Position numbers and translations under genes: made by a program. Below are positions 58,678 through 64,000 of a DNA stretch of 64,000 nt, piece by piece. The notes under the pieces are model-generated. The model made no database searches, had not been told where the DNA came from, and saw only the letters and a list, made by a program, of their open reading frames with translations. The stretch is from an uncultured Candidatus Saccharibacteria bacterium (GTDB lineage Bacteria > Patescibacteriota > Dojkabacteria > JAOAGR01). How positions within the stretch are numbered: the first letter of the stretch is position 1; the number at the start of each line of letters is the position of its first letter. The stretch is taken from NCBI GenBank assembly GCA_964503755.1, contig CAZDBO010000001.1:200926-264925 (forward strand), in the 5' to 3' direction.

Positions 58678-60078
58678 TTAGGTCACTTGCATTAATCTTT
58701 GACATTCTGTAAGAATATCATCAATTTTAACCCTCATTTGATCCATTGTATCTCTATCTCTAAGAGTGACGGTGTTATCTTCAAGTGTTTGATAGTCAAC
58801 AGTGATACAATAAGGCGTGCCTATTTCGTCTTGTCTTCTGTATCTTTTTCCAATCGATCCTGATTCATCATATTCTGCAACATAGAATTTTTTCAAATTA
58901 TGGTACAAATCTTTTGCCACATTTTGTAAATCTGGTTTTTTGAATAGTGGTAAAATAGCAAATTTGATTGGACTTAGACGTTTGTCTAATTTTAAGACAA
59001 TTCTAGTTTCGTTATTTACAATTTCTTCCGTGTATGCGTGATCAATGAACATCATAACAAATCTACCTAGTCCTGCTGATGTTTCTAGAATATGAGGAAT
59101 ATATCTTTCTTTTCTCTCTTGATCATAATAATCTAAAGTTATACCACTATATTTAGTGTGTTGAGATAAATCCCAATCACCTCGAGCGTGTATCCCCTCA
59201 ACCTCTGCGAATTCACCCAAACTTGCAAAATTGTATTTGATATCATATGCCTCACTTGCATAATGAGCCAGTTTCTCATGTTTATACCATTTTAGTGATG
59301 TTTCGTTGATTCCATATTCCAAATACCATCTCCATCTATATTCTTTCCATTCATTATATTTTGTTTGCATTTCAGACGGATGTAAAAAATATTGCATTTC
59401 CATTTGTTCAAATTCTCTTGTTCTATAAATAAATTGCCTGGCTACTATTTCGTTTCTAAAAGCTTTTCCTACTTGAGCTATACCAAAAGATAATTTTGCA
59501 TGTAAAGTATCCACTACATTTTTGAATTGTAGATAAATTCCACCGCATGTTTCTGGTCTTAAATACGTCACCTCGTCTTTTGAAATAGAATCAACGGTGC
59601 ATCCAAGATTAGACTTGACCATCAAAGAAAATCTGCGAGCTTGTGTAAGATTTTTTGATTTACAATTTGGACAGAACAATTTATTGTTTGCTCTTAATTC
59701 ATCTAATTTTTGATTTATTTCTTCTGTAGTTGCTTTGTCATCGATTTCAATCCCAAATTCTGCCAACAAATGATCAGCCCTGTATCTGTGTTTACAATCT
59801 TTGCAATCTACCATAGGATCATCAAAAGTAGCTACATGACCTGAAGCTATCCATGTGGTTGGATGCATGAATATCGCAGAATCCAATAGATATACATCAT
59901 CTCTTTCATTTATCATGTTTCTTATCCATGCGTTTTTAATGTTTTCTTTGAGTAAATATCCATAATGCCCATAATCATATATACCCGAAAGGCCACCATA
60001 TATTTCTGATGAGGGATATATAAATCCTCGTGTTTTACAAAAATTTGCTAACTTTTCTAATGACAAAGATTTCGACAT
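58678..60078 (-). CDS. glyQS: glycyl-tRNA synthetase, alpha2 (eukaryote/archaeal-like) type
   Basis: 466 aa, MSKSLSLEKLANFCKTRGFIYPSSEIYGGLSGIYDYGHYG... Confidence 0.9.
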   Translation of the reverse strand: MSKSLSLEKLANFCKTRGFIYPSSEIYGGLSGIYDYGHYGYLLKENIKNAWIRNMINERDDVYLLDSAIFMHPTTWIASGHVATFDDPMVDCKDCKHRYRADHLLAEFGIEIDDKATTEEINQKLDELRANNKLFCPNCKSKNLTQARRFSLMVKSNLGCTVDSISKDEVTYLRPETCGGIYLQFKNVVDTLHAKLSFGIAQVGKAFRNEIVARQFIYRTREFEQMEMQYFLHPSEMQTKYNEWKEYRWRWYLEYGINETSLKWYKHEKLAHYASEAYDIKYNFASLGEFAEVEGIHARGDWDLSQHTKYSGITLDYYDQERKERYIPHILETSAGLGRFVMMFIDHAYTEEIVNNETRIVLKLDKRLSPIKFAILPLFKKPDLQNVAKDLYHNLKKFYVAEYDESGSIGKRYRRQDEIGTPYCITVDYQTLEDNTVTLRDRDTMDQMRVKIDDILTECQRLMQVT

Positions 60079-60124
60079 TTGCTAATTATACAAAAGAAAT
60101 ATAATTTTTATAAAGTTTAACAAG

Positions 60125-61393
60125 CTAGCTTATGTATTTTTGATTTATTATTTCTTCGATTCTTATTAATTCATTGTATTTAGCTACTCTATCTGTGCGT
60201 GAGGGAGCGCCACTTTTGATCTGTCCGCAGTCTGTACCGACGGCTAGATGAACTAATGTCACATCTTCTGTTTCTCCAGATCTGTGACTTACGACGTTTT
60301 TCCAACCAGCATCTTTTGCCATTTTTATTGCATCAAGTGTTTCACTTAAAGTGCCGATTTGATTCATCTTGACTAATAGCGTATTACATAATTCCTTGTC
60401 TATTGCCATTTTGATTCTTTCTGTATTGGTTACCAATAAATCATCCCCTACAATTTGTAAATTATTTCCATATTTTTCGTTAAAAATGCGCCATGATTCG
60501 ATATCATCTTCAGAAAACCAATCTTCGACACTTATTATTGGATATTTTTCATAAAGATAATTGAACCATTCGATCATTTCATCTGGAGTTTTGTTTTCAC
60601 CATCTCTTTTTAGTACGTAAAGACCCTTATCCGCATCGTAAAATTCGCTTGCGGCTGCATCTAATCCTATTGCAAAATCAATTTCTGGTTTATATCCTGC
60701 CTTTTCCATTGCATCTATAATTGTTTTTATGGCATCTTCATTTGAATCTAATATCGGTGCATAGCCACCTTCATTTCCGACATTTGTACTATGTCCATGA
60801 CTTTTTAGGATTTTGCCTAAGTGGTGATATACTTCAGCACATTTTCTGAGGTTTTCTTTCCAACTATTGTTATTTATCGGGATTATCATGTACTCTTGTA
60901 TGTCAGTTGCCCAGTCAGCATGTTTACCACCATTCATGATGTTCATCATGGGACGGGGTAGAGAAAATTTACTATTTCCTGATATTTGACCTATGTATTC
61001 GAATAATTCTAATGATCTGCTTTTTGCGCTAGCCCATGCATAAGCTAGGCTAACAGCAAGTATTGCGTTTGCTCCAAGATTAGATTTATTTTTGGTACCA
61101 TCCAAATCTATTAATCTTTGATCAAATAATTCTTGTTTGCTTGATTCAAAGCCGAAAAAATATGTATTAAAAATTGAATTGATAGTATTGACTGCATTCA
61201 AAACTCCTTTACCTAGAAATCTGTGTGGATCGTTATCGCGTTTTTCTATCGCTTCATATGATCCTGTAGATGCGCCGGATGGTACAGATGCTCTGCCTTT
61301 TGATCCATCGTCTAGTATGACCTCTGCTTCTACGGTAGGATTGCCTCTAGAATCTAATATCTCTCGACCGTGGATTTTAATTATTTTTACCAT
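60125..61393 (-). CDS. eno: enolase
   Basis: 422 aa, ...ILDSRGNPTVEAEVILDDGSKGRASVPSGASTG... Confidence 0.92.
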   Translation of the reverse strand: MVKIIKIHGREILDSRGNPTVEAEVILDDGSKGRASVPSGASTGSYEAIEKRDNDPHRFLGKGVLNAVNTINSIFNTYFFGFESSKQELFDQRLIDLDGTKNKSNLGANAILAVSLAYAWASAKSRSLELFEYIGQISGNSKFSLPRPMMNIMNGGKHADWATDIQEYMIIPINNNSWKENLRKCAEVYHHLGKILKSHGHSTNVGNEGGYAPILDSNEDAIKTIIDAMEKAGYKPEIDFAIGLDAAASEFYDADKGLYVLKRDGENKTPDEMIEWFNYLYEKYPIISVEDWFSEDDIESWRIFNEKYGNNLQIVGDDLLVTNTERIKMAIDKELCNTLLVKMNQIGTLSETLDAIKMAKDAGWKNVVSHRSGETEDVTLVHLAVGTDCGQIKSGAPSRTDRVAKYNELIRIEEIINQKYIS

Positions 61394-61612
61394 ACATGAT
61401 CAGTTTAGTATATTTGAAAAATTTTTAAAATTAACAAATTAAGTAAATTGTGTAAAAGACAAATAGAAATTAGTTTTTTAAATCGATACGAATACTAACG
61501 CAATATATTTACTGTTTTGATTAATTTTAATTACTTGGAATGTACTATATTGTTGTAATTGAATACTTAAAATATACCTAGTTGTTTCCAGTTTAGGTCA
61601 TCCTTTGCAAAT

Positions 61613-62995
61613 CTATAGTTGCTCTTCTAATTCGATAATTTGAGCACGTAATTTATCCGCCTCTTCCCATCTTTTCTCTTCACGTAATCTATTCCATCCG
61701 GATCTAAGGGCGTCTAGTCTTGTTTGTTCTGGATGTATCAAATTTTCTCTAAGCCTTAATCCCAATACCTCATCAAAACTCAAAATCTGTTTTAGTTTTT
61801 CATCGGCACCGATGTTTGGATCTTTTAGTAATTGGAAAAATACACCAACGGCTTTAGGTACATTCAGATCATCGGCAATTGCTTTTTCAAATTCTTCTTG
61901 GTAACTATTTTGAATTTTTTCTGATGATACTATGTTTGGGTTGGGATAAGTCGATTCTCTAAATAATTCGCGTATTTGCTTGTATATTTTTCTCAAAGCA
62001 TTTTGACTTGCTGTAAGTGAATCAAAAGTAAAATTTAACTGATCACGATATTTGTTCTGTAAATAAAGTAATCTCAATGCTAATGGATGAAATCCTCTTT
62101 CTTCTAAATCACTAAGTAGATAAGTATTACCAAGTGATTTACTCATTTTTTGACCTTCAACTAAAATATGTTGGTGATGCAGCCAATACCTTACAAATTG
62201 CTTACCAGATACGCCTTCGCTCTGGGCAATTTCATTTGTATGATGAATATTTATATGTTCGGGACCACCGGTATGTATGTCGATTTGTTCACCCAAAAGA
62301 GCAAATGCCATAGCACTACATTCGATATGCCATCCCGGAAATCCATCACCCCAAGGTGAATCCCAATGCAATATATGATTTTTGAATCTACCAACACGTT
62401 TAAACCATAGAGCAAAATCATATGGCTTTTTCTTATGGGGATCTATATTAACATCTTCACGTGCGGCTTGGATAAGGTCCTCTAATTTTTGTTTTGACAA
62501 TTTTGTGTAATTTTCAAATTTATCTACTTCAAAGTACAAAGCTTCATCAGTTTCATAAGCATACCCTTTTTCCTGTAGGATTTTGTTCATTTCAATCATT
62601 TTCTCAATATATTCAGTTGCTCTTGGCCTGTATTTTGGATGAATAATCTTTAATTTTTCAACATCTTCAAGATATTTTTCAGTAAAAAACTGTGCAATTT
62701 CAAGAGGTGATTTACCATATTTTTTTGCTCCTTTTTCAAGTTTGTCTTCACCTTCATCACTATCACTTGTCAGATGTCCAACATCGGTTATATTCATCAC
62801 GTTTATTACTTCGTATCCCAGATATCTAAAAATTCTTGCCAAATAATCAGCAAATACTGCTGAATACAAGTTGCCAATATGCTGATAATCGTATACTGTT
62901 GGACCACAACTATATAGTTTTACTTTACCATTTTCTAATGGGATAAATTCTTCTATTTTACGAGTTAGTGTGTTGAATAAATAAATTTTTATCAT
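61613..62995 (-). CDS. cysS: cysteinyl-tRNA synthetase
   Basis: 460 aa with the HIGN motif (HIGNLYSAV) and KMSKS. Confidence 0.9.
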   Translation of the reverse strand: MIKIYLFNTLTRKIEEFIPLENGKVKLYSCGPTVYDYQHIGNLYSAVFADYLARIFRYLGYEVINVMNITDVGHLTSDSDEGEDKLEKGAKKYGKSPLEIAQFFTEKYLEDVEKLKIIHPKYRPRATEYIEKMIEMNKILQEKGYAYETDEALYFEVDKFENYTKLSKQKLEDLIQAAREDVNIDPHKKKPYDFALWFKRVGRFKNHILHWDSPWGDGFPGWHIECSAMAFALLGEQIDIHTGGPEHINIHHTNEIAQSEGVSGKQFVRYWLHHQHILVEGQKMSKSLGNTYLLSDLEERGFHPLALRLLYLQNKYRDQLNFTFDSLTASQNALRKIYKQIRELFRESTYPNPNIVSSEKIQNSYQEEFEKAIADDLNVPKAVGVFFQLLKDPNIGADEKLKQILSFDEVLGLRLRENLIHPEQTRLDALRSGWNRLREEKRWEEADKLRAQIIELEEQL

Positions 62996-63195
62996 ATTTA
63001 GATTGTATCAGATTTTATGTTTTATATTACAATGAGTATCATTAACGGCATCAAGCATTTTATTATGAATAAACATAAAAATATTTGAATTCAAAATCAA
63101 AAATTACCTTTAATATAGAAGATTTAATAATAATTTGCAATTTGAGAATTATAAATTTTATATTGATTAAATATTAAAATTCAATGAATATAATA

Positions 63196-63227
63196 AAAAG
63201 AGCATGTCTCAAACGACATGCTCTTGA
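63196..63227 (-). terminator. rho-independent terminator downstream of rplL
   Basis: Perfect 10-bp inverted repeat agagcatgtc / gacatgctct with a 6-nt loop. On the minus strand it is followed by CTTTTTATTAT. Confidence 0.75.
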
Positions 63228-63245
63228 CTATTTATTTGATTAAAA

Positions 63246-63626
63246 TTACTTCAATGTTACTTTCGCTCCTGCTTCTTCTAATTTCTTCTTTATTTCTTCA
63301 GCTTGTTCTTTCTTAACACCGGACATCACAATAACAGGTGCTGATTCGACTTTGGCTTTTGCCTCTGCCAATCCTAGACTCTGATCGATTTCTCTCAAAG
63401 TTTTAATTACATTCAATTTTTGAGCGCCGACTTCTGTTAGCTCAACATCAAATTCTGTTTTTTCTTCTCCAGCTTCTGCTGCTTGTGCTGGTCCTGCTGC
63501 AACTGCCATAACAGGTGCTGCCGCAGTGACGCCAAACTTCTCTTCCATTGCTTTTTTTAGCTCTGCTGCTTCTAGCAAGGTAAGAGAAGCGATTTCTTCC
63601 AATAATTTTTGAATTTTTTCTGACAT
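63246..63626 (-). CDS. rplL: 50S ribosomal protein L7/L12
   Basis: 126 aa, [32 protein letters not shown]... Confidence 0.92.
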   Translation of the reverse strand: MSEKIQKLLEEIASLTLLEAAELKKAMEEKFGVTAAAPVMAVAAGPAQAAEAGEEKTEFDVELTEVGAQKLNVIKTLREIDQSLGLAEAKAKVESAPVIVMSGVKKEQAEEIKKKLEEAGAKVTLK

Positions 63627-63629
63627 GGT

Positions 63630-64000
63630 TTATTTGTTTTGTTTTTTAGTTACTTCTTCTACAAGATATGGGATATCTCTCATCACGGCATTGATAGTAC
63701 CTACAACACCACTTGCCCCAGAATCCAAAAGGTGTAGAATTTTTGCCAGAGTTTGCTCTCTGGATTCGACTTTTGATAGTTTATCTATCTCAGTACCATC
63801 ATATAAATTTCCTTCTACAAAGGAGAAAAGATATTCACATTTTTCTTCTTTTTTTAGAGCTGCCAATTTTTTGGCAATCTCAACAAAGTCATCATAACAG
63901 AAGAATACAAATATAGGTCCAGTTAGATTAAGTTTTGTAGATAATGTTTCTTCTGCTGCTATTCTAAAAAGAGTATTTTTAATAAGCGTAAAGTAACAAC
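63630..64000 (-). CDS. rplJ: 50S ribosomal protein L10 (5' end outside window)
   Basis: The minus-strand frame stays open to the window edge, reading ...LFRIAAEETLSTKLNLTGPIFVFFCYDDFVEIAKKLAALKKEEKCEYLFSFVEG... It lies immediately upstream of rplL. Confidence 0.85.
   Translation of the reverse strand, partial: CYFTLIKNTLFRIAAEETLSTKLNLTGPIFVFFCYDDFVEIAKKLAALKKEEKCEYLFSFVEGNLYDGTEIDKLSKVESREQTLAKILHLLDSGASGVVGTINAVMRDIPYLVEEVTKKQNK

Noticed and set aside
1-64000. Alternative genetic code (for example TGA recoded as Gly, as in Gracilibacteria/Absconditabacteria)
   Set aside because: Long conserved genes (clpC, pnp, the RND pump, ftsH) are uninterrupted under the standard code. At least one confident gene (GT2, 17153..18664) ends in TGA, and others end in TAA or TAG.
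1-64000. CRISPR array, rRNA genes, transposase or integrase-bearing mobile elements
   Set aside because: No regularly spaced direct repeats, no rRNA-like conserved stretches, and no ORF with DDE, tyrosine or serine recombinase motifs were seen. The only notable microsatellite is the (ATTTT)7 tract.

Overview
This 64-kb window is AT-rich, gene-dense bacterial chromosome that uses the standard genetic code: TGA, TAA and TAG all terminate confident genes, and long genes such as clpC, pnp and the RND pump are intact. About two thirds is recognisable housekeeping. This comprises rpsT, rnhB, sufS, clpC, gatB, yidC-jag, rpsO-pnp, yebC, a photolyase, mreB, rplK-rplA, nth, an archaeal-type aspS, ftsH, thrS, ilvE, a dimeric glyRS, eno, cysS and rplL-rplJ, plus four tRNAs (Asp-GTC, Ile-TAT, Gly-GCC, Ser-GGA). 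The gene set suggests a reduced-genome, Patescibacteria/CPR-like organism, but that is an inference and not established. Several blocks of unknown function sit between the housekeeping genes. (1) A tandem triplet of paralogous small secreted proteins with a signal peptide, a two-helix hairpin core and a conserved cytoplasmic loop motif DNADERKKG, giving a VirB2/TrbC-pilin-like topology. (2) A three-gene operon led by a 964-aa degenerate PEP-utilising-enzyme homologue whose catalytic histidine position appears substituted. (3) An ECF sigma factor followed by an 886-aa membrane anti-sigma-like gene, flanked by ORFs that look fragmented by frameshifts or an in-frame stop. (4) A processive GT2 synthase plus a MurG-like glycosyltransferase next to yidC-jag. 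(5) An RND pump and a MacB-like ABC pair. (6) A cluster of membrane proteins that includes an acyltransferase-3 family member. Other observations: a tRNA-Ile with anticodon UAU; an (ATTTT)7 pentanucleotide repeat inside a coding region; a roughly 1.1-kb decayed pseudogene where nusG/secE would normally lie upstream of rplK; and a split of the usual rplKAJL cluster. No CRISPR array, rRNA or recognisable transposase or integrase was seen.
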